Below, piece after piece: positions 27,601-40,611 of a stretch of 64,000 nucleotides of DNA. Both the position numbers and the translations under genes were made by a program. Within the stretch, counting starts at the first letter, position 1, and each line of letters opens with the position of its first letter. The notes beneath the pieces are model-generated. The model was not told the origin of the DNA, ran no database searches, and saw only the letters and a list, made by a program, of their open reading frames with translations. This stretch comes from Balanoglossus misakiensis (lineage: Eukaryota; Animalia; Hemichordata). Location: NCBI GenBank assembly GCA_040954595.2, contig CM082583.2:8354154-8418153 (forward strand), in the 5' to 3' direction.

Positions 27601-27705
27601 GATTCCGAGGACGATCTTGACGATGTCCCAAGATCCTCTGCTGTCGCAACAGAAAAACCGTTCCAAACGCCACCAGCGTCTACGCAAATCCCTGCGGTCG
27701 TGTAA
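24654..27705 (+). CDS. SAXO/FAM154-like stabilizer of axonemal microtubules, copy 1 (N-terminus unresolved)
   Basis: Exons 24654-24818, 25140-25348, 25865-26729, 26937-27705, phase-consistent. Many Mn-type repeats (TTFRSEF, TTARRDY, TTAKSDF, TNYKQDF, TTQKHDY, TSYREAY) separated by Pro/Lys-rich linkers. Confidence 0.85.
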
Positions 27706-28570
27706 AAAATGTTGTAATTCATTAGAAATAGTCTTACCTGCCCTAACCACAATCCGTCCATAGTGTACATAAGCTTAGCTGTGTGTGACGTATATTAGTG
27801 TTTTAATCTCGATCATAATAATTTTCCTCTTTTCCATTTTACTATTGTCGACGGCCGGAATAAATGATTTACTTTCCGGAAGAAGTAAGCGGAAATAATG
27901 AACCTTTATAAATGAACCTTTATATACTTGTGCAGTTGTCCTGTTGAGGATATCACAAATTTCTGACATATTAAATGTACTATTATCGCTGCTTGGCGAG
28001 CGGACAATATAACCTGTATTATAGCGCCATCTCGAGTCAAGTGAAGTTGTTTAATTTGCTGGGGAGCTAACCTTTAGTTGTCTTTCCTTCGTTTTATCTT
28101 TGTTTAATGTCAGGGGTTCTTTAGAATTGTTTGGCCGTAAATGGCGCTATTATGTTTACTTCATACAACGAGTTCTCCAACTATTGAGTACCCAGGTACA
28201 TTGTACATGTATATGCTGTTGACAGATCTTTTACCCTGCCATAAAAATCGTCAACAGATCATCTTACGGATTGCCAAGGAATCAATTAGGCTTAATTTGT
28301 TTGCAGACATCCTCACGCATGATGTCACGGTGCCTACATTTCAAGGAGTGTAATCCGTCCCAGCATAAATATAAAGCATTATTTCTCTTGAGGGAAGCTT
28401 ATCAATCGCATGGGCTCAGCGCATTTGTTTTCAAACATACAAAGAAAAAAACCTCCACTATTATGCTTTAATGCCAGCGATTGTATTGTTGAGACTCTCA
28501 ATCCTATAAATAAGAAATAAGAGAGATATACAGCGGCTGTTATCGATCCTGCGTGACACTTTGACCCGGC

Positions 28571-28584
28571 GTCGCTATGGCTAC
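28571..28584. promoter_or_regulatory. RFX X-box-like motif, distal promoter of SAXO-like gene 2
   Basis: GTCGCTATGGCTAC ~170 bp upstream of the ATG exon at 28751. Confidence 0.5.
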
Positions 28585-28750
28585 GGCTATTGAAGCGCGG
28601 CAGCCAACCACGACATTTCGTGCTGGTATTATAATAAACACCTATGGACTGTACATTGTGCATGGAGACGGAGGACACAAATCGGTGAACCAAAAAACCT
28701 CGTCGCTGTCTTTTAACGGATTTAGCGTCTCTTTTTCCACCGAAATAATT

Positions 28751-31700
28751 ATGGAGAACGCCGAGCAAAGGTAAATAGTCTGTCATATTTTTGAGCTATT
28801 ATTTTTCCGTCTCGTATTTCGCTAGACTGGAATACCTATAGGGGGATCCGATCTCTGTGTACATAATGTCGAGTTGTATGATTATCTGATGCAAACATGT
28901 TTTATTGTCATGTACAGAGCCACGGCCATTACCCTTAACATTCTTAAAACATTTACCACCAAACGACACTCCACTGAATAACAAACACCACAAGAACTGC
29001 GACTTGGACGTTTAATTCTGATCTCAGGCTTCACCGCGGGGAGACGAGGCGCAAATGTACTCGATATACGAGAATCGTCAGTATATATATGTGTCGCTAA
29101 CCACACGCACATATATCAGACGCTAATTATAGTTGACAAACAGCCCTACTTTTCAATACCGCTATATAACTGATTTCTGTATTTTACTGATATTTTCCAA
29201 TCAACCGTTGTAGCCACTCGATTTTCTTCATTGGCGATCTTTTTTATCCAAAGGGGTAGAATTGCCGAATGGGTTGGGTCACGCGAGGTCAATCGCAATC
29301 AATAGTCTCAGTTTTAAGAAAATATACCTGTGTACACACCCTAAGGGTGTTGGATTGATTTGGGCAAACATAGCGTTTTTGCGTTTAAATGCAAAGTGTT
29401 ACACGTCCATTGTTGTAAGATTTCTAAACGGCACACATACATGACACGTACATAAAACAAGGGTTTGTGACTTAATTCGTTGGAAGTACATTATGTTTGG
29501 AAATACCAACGCTCCCTGACACGCTTGCAATGTTAGACAGTCGATTGCCACATGTGTTGAAGACTACACAAATTACATTTTTCTAAGTCGGTAATTTTGT
29601 GACAGTATTTTTTTTCCTGCAAAAATGCACAAGGCTCTTGGTTTTTGTAACCAAACACATCGCTGGGCCCAAAATCCAAAGAGTGTGCTGATATTTTTTA
29701 GGTGATTGCGGAAATCGGGAAGGGATCTTTTCTTGCCCTCTCATTTGGCGAAAATGTTGAGTGACCAAACAAGGGTTAAGTACACAACTTTTGAGGAGAA
29801 TTGTGCGGGCATTCTGAAAAGGTCACGATTTTGTCTAGCAACCGACCAACGGTGAAATCGCTGCGCCCCACAATAGCAACAACCAGATGTTGTTGCAAGG
29901 ACGGCCCCGTTGTACCGCGCATAATCTCAGTTTAGCGACACAAAGACACGATTGACTATACCTCGGGATCGACGGCACAAAAACCCGGAGAATGCACCGT
30001 TTTAAGACGTGTAGGAAATGGCATTCCTCCTTTGTAAAAGTGCCACTTGATGGAAACTTCCAAAAGAATGGATAGGGCGACATAGCATACTCCTAACACT
30101 CGGTTTGCAATTTGCTGTCAAAATCAAGGTGTATGTCGCACACATCCATGGGTTTCCTACGCTCTCACATCTATGTATTTGAGTTTGGATGCACAAAAGA
30201 TGCAGCGATACATTGTCGAGAACTTGCAAATAAATCACACGTATCCTTACTAGTATTACTGTGTATAAGATCTGTAAGAACTCCACTTCAAGTGAATAAG
30301 ACCCAGGATGGGTTTTGGTTCAACAGACTCGTTAACAAGGTCAAATCTATTTAACTAGACACGGACAACAGGATAGGATTCTATCCGCGATCAGGAGAAA
30401 AATCAATACTTGATAATTAGTTTGAAGGTGACAACTGCCAATAAGACAAAACTAATTAAATCAAAACGCGTTATGCAATTGCAACCCAAAGGTGAATTTA
30501 GTGTTGTGAAAAAATCACCACTCTGAAACGGCCTTCAATGTCTTTATATACGACATAGTGATAGGCGTGTTTTGTTGATGCCTGCAAAGGGCCGTTGTGA
30601 TGCGACAAAAAACGCATGCGTCGTAAAATAAAAGCTGACATTTTTTCACGAAGTCAACCAGTCCTCGGAAGAGCTATTGAAATCGGGGCGACGCCAATTC
30701 AAGCCAGGTCAAAGGTTGTTTGCACCAGCCCGATCCTTTTAAGTCCTCGGATATCCGCCTGGAATTAAGTTATATGTGCGTGTAATTGAATGTTGTCTGC
30801 CATGGCAACGTCGCGAGAGCAATATTGCCGCCCGCTCATGCGCAGTTCGAATTCGGTGTGATTTCTCTGGATATGCGTTGCTATGGAAGATAACCAGTCG
30901 GGTAGTCCTTTGAGACGTTCGTCTGATATTCGCCTTTGTCGGAGACCGTCATTGTTCGGTCGTTCACGTATGAGCAGGGTATGATACGTTATAGACCACC
31001 CCAGTTTCTGTTAAGTTAACGCTGGTATAGATGTTTTCAAAGGATTGTACCTTTCTGTAAATTAAAGCTTGCACTTGACTACATGCACACAACTTGTCCG
31101 CTGGTATTGTGTAAACAAAATGTACATAAAAGAAAAGAAATTGATCCTGTAACACACACTCTACCGACTACAACACACGGCCAGCAGTAAGTTGAAAGTC
31201 TGTTCAGGGCAAACGAGAACTCACGAGATAACGTCTGTTGGCACATCGCTGAGTATACTCATCTTCTCATGTCCTTCATTTACAGCGGTGGTGGGCCGAC
31301 CTATTACGGTCAGCCAGTGTACGCCAATAATATGATGTACAAGGGAAAACGCTTGAACAAGAAGACTATCTATACGTGAGTACTTTTACGCCTCTCTTCC
31401 AGAAGAATTGACAATTTGACCAAAAACAGCCGGAGTAGCGCACTCACCACACAGGAGATCTCTTATATTAGTACATACCATTGTTGAATGCGATGAAAAT
31501 ACAGCTATTTCATTATTGTTAGACTACCGTTCTTGACGTGATGGATTACATCTTTAATTTCTGAGTTTTCTCTTTCGTAGACGTGATTACACGCCGAAGA
31601 GGACATCTCGCCGCGGTCTGATCCTTCCAGAGAACGAGTCGTACCAGTCGGACCAGCCGCTGGCCAAAGAAACGACGCATCTCCACGACTACCAGCCCTA

Positions 31701-33055
31701 CGAGATCAAACTGCCCGACATCTACGTTCCGCCCAGCAACTGGGAGAAGCCGGAGGGAAGCTTTGCCAAAACCACCACCCACAAGAGCGACTACAAGCCC
31801 CACAAGATCCGCAAAACAGAGATGATCAGACCCCCGTCTCCCGAAGCCGTGGACCTGGGGAAGTTTCAGGACAGAACAACTCACAAGGAGGATTACAAGA
31901 AGTGGGGCTACGTGGCGGAGCGCCCGACTGACCGGTATAAGAAGTATGAGAGGCCCGAGGAACCGTTCGCCAAGGAGTCGGTGTATAATCGACACTACAC
32001 ACAGAAACAGCTGAGCCCAAGAAAGACTTTCAAGCCCAATTTCAAGGCCGCATCAACAGAAGAGCCGTTCAAGGGAAGCTCAACGTACAGACACGATTAT
32101 ATTCCAATGCCAGTATCCCCCACACATCTCAGGTATTTGTTTGCCCTTTTTTTCAGATGTTCTTCTCTGTCTTCTGTAAAAAAATATCAACATTGATAGA
32201 ACATTTGTTATATGACTGATTGTGGTGAGCGGTACCGTGACAGTATATACAGTACAGTGTATACATGTATAACAGTATACGTGTACTGATATTGCGCACT
32301 TTCTTGTGTTTATGATTTTCCCACACCTTGTTATTTTCAGGAGAGATGACTACGAATACAAGGAGCCGACCGACAGATTTGATGACATGACGACGAGCCG
32401 TCGAGACTACACCGAGAAAAAATCGGTGAGACAGGAGGCGTTCAGACCCGTCGGAGAGTCGCACCGTTCCGACAAACCGCTTGAAGACAGCACGACTCAC
32501 AAGACAGACTTCCAGCGGTGGGAGATCAGCCTTCCCTCCATCCACATCCCCGAGGCGCAGATTGCGCCGCACGGCGGCAGTTTCGAGAAGTCGACCACTC
32601 ACAGACGGGACTACAAGCGATACGATGTGAAGAAGCCGGCCCTGATTCGCCCTCCCTCCCCGGAACAGGTGGACCTGGGCAAGTTCCAGGACCGGACGAC
32701 GCACAAAGACGACTTCCAGACGTGGCAGTTGTCCGTCGACAGACGCGGCGGCAACACGCACGAGTACGAGAGGCCGACGGTGCCGTTCGCCAAGACCTCG
32801 GTCTACACCACGTTCTTCACGCCGAAGGAGCAGGCCCGACAGAAGAGTTTCAAGCCCAATTACGATTACAAGTCCAGCGAGCAGCCCTTCAAAGGGAATA
32901 CGTTGTACACGGATGAGTACATCACGAAGAATGACCAGCGGCCATCCATGTACAAACCTCCCGATGAAATCATAGCCCTTGGCGACTATGGGGATCTCGT
33001 GGGTGAATATGACAATACGAGTAGTCAGCACTTGGAGCAATTGGTCACTATTTAA
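28751..33055 (+). CDS. SAXO/FAM154-like stabilizer of axonemal microtubules, copy 2
   Basis: Exons 28751-28770 (MENAEQ, phase 2), 31286-31375, 31581-32132, 32341-33055. Mn repeats TTHLHDY, TTHKSDY, TTHKEDY, TTSRRDY, TTHRRDY. Alternative ATG at 31332. Confidence 0.85.
30795..30890. promoter_or_regulatory. Two RFX X-box-like motifs, proximal promoter of SAXO-like gene 2
   Basis: GTCTGCCATGGCAAC (30795-30809) and GTTGCTATGGAAGA (30877-30890), followed by donor AGG|GTATGA near 30978. Confidence 0.55.
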
Positions 33056-34735
33056 ATTGGAGGATTTTGACTCAAAGTCAACTTACATGTGTTTTAAATA
33101 TTTTTGGGAATTTGAAGGACATACAGTGTGACTGGGACTACATGTAAAGATTATTGTCCAGGAGAGAATGGGCTGGACTCGGTGTTCGACCGTGACGTAA
33201 TGATTTGTACATGTACTTGTTAATTACTAGTATCGCGATTAATCACGAAAAAATAAATTCATAGATAAATACTGTCATTTACATGATAATATCTCATATC
33301 AGAAATCATCTCTGATGGACAGCATTTAAATCATAAGACACTCAAATATATTCTGAGTAATAAATATGAAATTTTATTACATTTTTCCTAAGAAATCTGC
33401 GAATGTATAGTGTATATTAAATGAGAAAAAAATGTACAGTAAACATTATGTGTTATAAATTATAATGTTTTAGTTTAATGACAGAACTGTTGTGTTCTTG
33501 CACAACTCTAAGAAAGAATTGAGTTTCGGATTATGCGTGTAACAATATGCCACGTCGACGGTTGATGTTGTCGGCACTCAGCGGAAGGCAGCAGTGACCA
33601 CATGAACATCGTTTGGTTGTCTACCACATGGGGTATTAATTGTTTCATTTCCAACAGGTAGTCAAACATTTCTCATATCAGTGAGTAGGCCTATAATGAA
33701 ATCGGATAACCCGACCATGGAAATGAAAAATAAACAGTGTGGCCTACTGCAGGTTTTTTATTCAAAGAATCGTATTCTTTCAGAGTTAGTTCGATGTCTT
33801 TTTATGACTATATCTATCATTTGGAACCCCTTTTCTGATTTGAAATTCTTACTTGTCTTTATAGTATGTGAGATTTTATATATTTCCTGATAATCCTTGT
33901 CTTATTAAAATAAACCTCGTATGTACTTAACTTTCTTTGAATCATGCTCACATTAAACAATAGTAACATTACTAACGATGATCATGACATTTGTCACACA
34001 TACTCGATACTCCTCGCATACTCTGCAGACTTCGACGATTTCAAGAATTGCTATTTTATTCATCTTATTGCAATAGGAAAAACGTCTTAGCATTATGCTG
34101 AGTGGAGACATCAAGCAACAGGTGGTGGCGCTGCGCTCAATGGCCCTAGCGGAAGTTGATACGTTGCATTGTGGGAAAGGTCATGGGTCACAAGTGACAG
34201 CGGCCATTTCATATTTCACATCGAGTGATCGGAAATGTGTAATTTCTCTAACTGTTAACAAAAACGTCCAAGAAGTTCTGGTGTTATTTTAACGGACTTG
34301 CCTTATTACACGTAAGTATGTGTTTTTCTTTTTCGATACTGATTCCATTGAATAATTGAAGCTCCGTTCATAAAGCCGTTCATTCAACGTGCCCAGTACG
34401 TTCTGGCGTGCGAAAAGACAATGTTGTTATTTCCCAGTTCTCTCATGAATACTACGGTAGTATAAAGTTGACCGTGAGTCCCATACATGAAATACCGAAC
34501 TTCGGTGACAGTTCCATTCGTTGACTTGTCTTAAAGCGCAATGAGCTGCCATCTCTTATGATGTTCTTTACCTACTTAGTACTACACTACACATTGTATT
34601 ATCAGTATCAGTCAGTCAACCCATAGTACCTCCATGGTCAACCATACCATGATACCACGTTTTATTTCAGAATTTTTACTCAGTCTGTGTTACAGTAACC
34701 TTTATCACACATTTAAAACTGTTGGTTGTAGCACA

Positions 34736-37700
34736 ATGAGTGACGTGGAACACCATTCTGAGGGAAGTAGCCACGAAGAACACGAGGGAAGGGAAGGGTG
34801 GCGGGTGAAGACGCTGGATGAAATCCTGGAAGAGAAGAAAAGGAGGAAGGAGAAGGAAGAGAAGAGGGGAAGTCTGGAAGACGGAGAACTGTGGAGGGGG
34901 AAAAGTGAAGAGCCAATGCACGAAGGGAGTGAAGATGAAAGGTAGAACAGCAATAAGTGTTTCATCTAGACAGGGCCTGGGGGGTCCTTCTCCTGGTGAC
35001 ATGTTGACACCCCCTTTAGGCCGGCTCTAGATTCTTTCTCATTCAAAGAGAACCAAGAAAACTTTTAAAAATAATCCTTAGCAACCATTGCTCAGCAATT
35101 TGAATCTGCCAGTATTGCCTTAACGTTAAATTTTTCAAGTTGCATGTGTTGATTGATTTGCAGGCTAGATGACGCTTTGGACATCAAGCCCCCTCAGCTG
35201 GCCAGTAAGAAAGACAACAGAGCGCACAGAAAAGAAGAAAGGAGGAAAGATAAACACAAAGATGAACATGACAGAAGACATAAACGTGAGTCTATGGTGT
35301 CAAAATATCAGTTCTCCAAGTATTATACTATGCCTTTTTATCAAAAGTCATCACTGAGGTAGAATCGTTTGGTACTTGCTTTACTTGCAGTACCCCCTAA
35401 TTTTACCCACACATGGAGATTGAATACATGCTTAGGTGGCCCTACTGTTTCAGTAGCCTGTTCCGGTATTAACTTGGCAAACATGAATTTCAGATAAACG
35501 TGGACGTATCGATCACGAAGACAGAGGGGCCAGGATGAAAGAGAGAAGACCGGACGACCGAGACTGGAAGGAACGGGAGAGGTATGTGAGGGACCAAGCC
35601 AGGAGAAGAGAGGAATCCAGAAAAGAGAGGTGAGTGTCACAAACTGCCCATTTATTCTCATTCCACCGGAGCGACTGAAATACAAATCTCAACTTGTGCA
35701 TTTAAGCCTGTGCCCATGAGAATGTTGATGTGCGTCTGAAATTCCACAGGGAGAGACTGGAGAGGCTGGAGCGGGAAAAGCTGAGGGACAGGGAGAAGAG
35801 AGCGGAAAGAGAGAGGGAGAGAAACCGGAGAGAAGAGGCAAGGAGACGACGTGATGGTCAGTCTGTTTCTTTGTTTGCTCTGTTGAACTTGGCATGATGT
35901 TGGAGGCATAACATTAACCCACTACCAGGCCAATGACTTAGGCAGGATTCTCTGTATAATAAAAAACTGTAGGAAAGTACAGGGCTTGCAGTTTAGGATT
36001 CTTACCACTTACACATTATCATTATTTTATAATTTGATAGATCGGGGAGGGAGAGGAGACAAGAGGGATCGTCGTCACAGAGACAGATCTCACCAAAGTA
36101 GAAACAGAGATAGACATGAGGAAGATGACAGGCATGATTCAAGGAGTGTACCCATAAGACACGGTAAGTAAAGCTGGTGATGGTTCTAACACAGTGGTTA
36201 GTGAACTAGTGCTATTCATACCACAGTGGTTAGTGGACTGCCAGTACCAATGAACAAATTATAGTTATAAGTAAATCTGATAAATTGTGAGACGTCTAAC
36301 CCTTTTTGTATTTTTTGCTGACAGAAGACAAAGTTGAGGTGAAAAAAGAAGAAGTGGATGACGCCGATATTTTAGAAGTGAACGCCAGTGGAAATGAGGT
36401 GGTCAGCAGTGCTAACGATTCCTCCGAGGCAGAATCGGGTGCAGAGGAACACGCATCTCATTCTGAATCTGAAGCCGATGAAGCAGAAGGCAGTGCTGAG
36501 GACAGCTCAGCTGAAGAGTCGGAGTCAGGCGACGAAGAGTCGGGATCAGCATCAGATTCAGAGTCAGGATCAGGTGAGTTTAAGATGGAGGATATGCCAG
36601 AATACATGCAGATTTACTAGTTAAAGTTTCGAAACAAAATTTTTCATAGTATGGATCTTGAGAGGTGGAAAAATATGCAGGATTCATGTCCACACATTGA
36701 AATCTGGATTTCACCTGTTGGCCTTTTTTATTGATTCGTTTTTTTTCCTGGCAGAGGAGGAGAGTAGCAGTGGTAGCAGCAGCAGCAGTGGAAGTGAGAG
36801 TGAAAGCGAGAAAGAGGAAAGTCCCAGGAGCAAAGACAAGAGAAAGGAGGATATCTGTAAGTGTTTTCTAGCTCCCTTTTTTGTGGTGATATACTTGCCA
36901 GTTCAAAATGTACTTTAGGGCTTGTCTGTTGAATTCGCAGATGTGTGATGTGCCAGGCATGTTATGATAATAAGTGTCAATTTGTTTCGTTCCAGCCATG
37001 CCACCCAGTAAGTTTGACGCACCGTCGACGCCCAGCGACACAGCAGACGACATGTCCGAAATAAGCAACGGGGAATACCTTCCAGACTCTCCCGAGAAGT
37101 CGCCCATCATACTGAAACAAGAACTGCCGCCGTATCTGCCGGCAATATCCGGGTGCAGGAGCGTGGAAGAATTCCAGTGTTTGAACAGGATAGAAGAGGG
37201 GATGTACGGTGTGGTGTACAGGGCAAAGGACAAGCGAACAGGTAAGCATGCGCACATCTTTGCATAGATTTGCCTCCAGTTTGTACCCACAGATATTGCT
37301 ACTTTTTTACAGCCATAGGTTTTACTCAGTCATTCCGTATCAACTCCATGCTGTGTGTATTGTATTGCCATCGGCCAATATGTTGAATACTGCTGTCTTT
37401 TGTAACTGAAGATTATGTGTGTCGCGTTCCACAGACGAGATAGTAGCTTTGAAGAGGCTGAAGATGGAGAAAGAAAAGGAAGGTTTCCCGATCACATCTC
37501 TGCGCGAAGTCAACACGTTATTGAAGTCTCAGCACCCAAACATTGTCACAGTCAGGGTATGTATCTACTTACGTTACTGTACATGCAAATCTTCAAGCAA
37601 AGTGGTGATTTTCATTTTGTTATTCTGGACATATACGCTTACTGTGTATTCATAAAAGTATCATTGAATCATTTCGTCTTATAGGAAATTGTTGTTGGTA

Positions 37701-39317
37701 GCAATATGGACAAGATTTACATTGTCATGGATTATGTGGAACATGATTTGAAGAGTCTAATGGAAGCTATGAAGCAACCGTTTACCCTAGGTGAGACATG
37801 TTTTCATCCAGCTCATCAAATTGTTACTAGCTTTTAAAAATATTACTAATAGTCAAAATTATTTGATCTTTCGTGACATAGAACTCTTGGTCATTTATGG
37901 GGTGGGTCTTGGGGAGAGATTTTATGTTATATTTTTTTTACAACTGAGATGTTTCCTTTCTGTAGGTGAAGTAAAGTGTCTTCTTCGTCAGCTGCTGAGA
38001 GCCGTCAATCATCTCCATGACAACTGGATCCTCCATCGAGACCTGAAAACCTCCAATTTATTGTTGAGTCACAAGGGCGTACTCAAAGTGGGTGACTTTG
38101 GTCTGGCCAGGGAGTATGGCTCTCCTCTGCAGCAGTACACGCCCATTGTGGTGACACTGTGGTACAGAGCTCCGGAGTTACTGCTTGGAGCAAAGGTAAA
38201 TTATATTCCATGCAGTGGCAAAAGTTATAGAGAAAAAAAAGTTGTACACTGATGTAAGTCTGTTTGTTGGGTGATAGAATCCAATATGGCTGCCAAGGCA
38301 GCCATTTTGATTCTTGGCGTTAATTTGACCTTCTGTTGTTTCTTCCCAGTTGTACTCCTGCCCCATTGATATTTGGTCAGTAGGGTGTATATTTGCCGAG
38401 TTGATGACCATGAAACCACTCTTTCCTGGCAGATCTGAAATTGACCAACTGAATAGGATATTCAAGGTAAGATGTGGTCAGATTTTGTGTTGTGAAATGT
38501 GGTTATCAAAAGCTGTGGTGAGGAGTGGCTCTTTGGAATGTCATCTAGCCATCACTTGTACAGGTAAAATGTACAGCAGAGAAAATGTTTGCAAACAATA
38601 TGGTAAATTTAGGAACAATAATGTCTTCAGTCTCATTCTCTGTATTCATAGGAACTTGGAACACCAAGCGAAAAGATTTGGCCAGGTTACAAGGAGCTAC
38701 CAGCTGTCAAAAAAGTTACATTTGCCGAGCATCCGTACAATAATCTACGAAGTCGCTTTGGTCATTATCTCACCGATTTAGGGTTCGAACTCATCAACAA
38801 GTAAGTGCGTTTCAATTATTCTGGAGTCGGCGTATTCTGATCAAATGGGAGCACTGTGTCATTGTTGAGTTAGCAGTGTAGACTGAGTCATCATTGATGA
38901 CTTTTTAATTTCGTCAGATTCCTCACGTACAATCCTGCCAGACGGATTACAGCTGAAGATGCCCTGAAGCATGAATATTTCAAAGAATCACCTCTGCCCA
39001 TCAACGAGTCCGACTTTCCCACATGGCCTGCGAAAAGCGAACAGCCACGGAACACCAAGAGGGAGAGCCCCAAGGCGCCGGAAGGAGGCTTGAATTACGC
39101 TAAGTTGGTAAGGCTTTGAATATTATTATCTGAAATTCCATCATGACTGTAAACACTTCTGTAACTTATTCTGGAACCTCATGAGACACTGTTTGATCTG
39201 AATTTTGTTTTAATCACACAGGGTGAAGATGATGTCGACATTGACAAAGGTTTCCGACTGACCCACGCCTCGCAAGGCCAGTCAGCCAAAGGCACTGGTT
39301 TCAACCTGAAATTCTGA
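34736..39317 (+). CDS. CDK11: Cyclin-dependent kinase 11 (PITSLRE, p110 type)
   Basis: 15 coding exons: 34736-34940, 35164-35286, 35494-35628, 35750-35856, 36041-36164, 36325-36573, 36755-36856, 36996-37241, 37435-37556, 37685-37790, 37966-38195, 38350-38466, 38652-38800, 38918-39106, 39222-39317. [18 protein letters not shown]/acidic tracts, [45 protein letters not shown]-terminal GFNLKF. UTR donor at ~34312. Confidence 0.97.
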
Positions 39318-40147
39318 GACTGGAGCTGGACCCACCACCATCGCTGCTGATGGGCATTCGACATTGGTTGTCATTTGTAAATACGTAGCCTCTCCCACAA
39401 CATTCCCATAAAAAACTGACACCAAGCCTGCAACAGTTTAAGTGTCCCTCATTATTAGATTCTTTGAGTGATGGTTCAAGATCGTCAAGTCTCAAACCTC
39501 AATTCGAAAATTACTATAATGTACTATTACTCTTTCAAATAAGCAATGAAGCTGCCAAAGGGTTAGGAGAGTCGAGATCACGAAACGTCATGAAGACTCA
39601 GATTCTAATGCCCCTATGACCAATAATTGGTACCCTGGCTGAGTGACATTTATTGGGGGATAACCAGTGAAGCGACACAAACCGTGACTTCTGTATCTTA
39701 TTGTAACGACCATCCTGTTGCCATTTTGTTTTCCCTTAGACTCGGAGATCGTCTCACTTGTATACTTAGCGCGGTAGTTTTCTAGGATTTTATATATTAC
39801 TGGTATTGATGGAAGTACTTGTATCATGTCATGAAATAAAAGAATCTGATAACGCGACACATGTCAACTGTTCCTGCAGTGTTTGGTGCTGTTGTGAAGC
39901 TCAAGAAACAGAAGGTGGAATAGGTGCCAGGTTTTTAGCCATTGTCTATGTGTGTGTGCTTGCATATGTTTTAAGTGAGATATGCGCATCACAACCATTC
40001 GTGAAGATGCATGGGGATAAATTCGCAAACAATCTTTCATACTCCTCAAGAGATGCTTCATGCCAATGATAATTTAATAAACCTGTGGACTAGATGACGA
40101 AAATTGCCAGAATATTGTGAAATCCATTTGAAATGTCATGTTTCGTG

Positions 40148-40312
40148 TGGTAAAATGGGAAATTTTTGCAAATGATAAATTCTTGAAACTTTGCGAAAAA
40201 AACAATGTGTACAATAGAATGTTATCTGGAGATACGGAGAACGCGAAAATTAATCAAAGCGTGATAGTCGCCTCTGTTCTAGTCATATCGCGAAAATTTC
40301 CTGTTTTACAGA
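40148..40312. mobile_element. Degenerate MITE remnant
   Basis: TGGTAAAATGGGAAATTTTTGC ... GCGAAAATTTCCTGTTTTACAG imperfect TIRs, repeated (C)GCGAAAA motifs. Confidence 0.4.
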
Positions 40313-40611
40313 ACAAAAAAATTCTGCCTTTATGTCGTAGCTGGCGCTATTTAGCAGCAATGTCTGTCAAGGCTGCGCAGGGCCGAGGCCGCTGGTACAT
40401 ACGTATGACGACAGCATCCTCTGATGATATATAGGCCTGAATACACTAGGTATGACCCCACATGATCGTATGAACCCGGGGTTAAAATGACTCGGTGTCA
40501 TTTTGTTTTGAAAACGTAGAAGGATTTACTCAGTAAACTGCCATGACTTGCAAGTTTCCTCGCACCGAACACGCGCATTTCGACCGGTAAACGACGGTAG
40601 CTTCCCACGCA

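Noticed and set aside
29580-29780. piggyBac-like end (...CAAGGGTTAA)
   Set aside because: No matching left TTAACCC terminus seen nearby; at most an unsupported remnant.
25747-33040. Long antisense and alternate-frame ORFs over the SAXO-like exons
   Set aside because: Shadow ORFs caused by GC3-rich codon usage on the + strand; no motifs or splice support.
35857-39221. Possible C/D snoRNAs in CDK11 introns
   Set aside because: Only partial ATGATG / CTGA matches; no full RTGATGA box with terminal stem.
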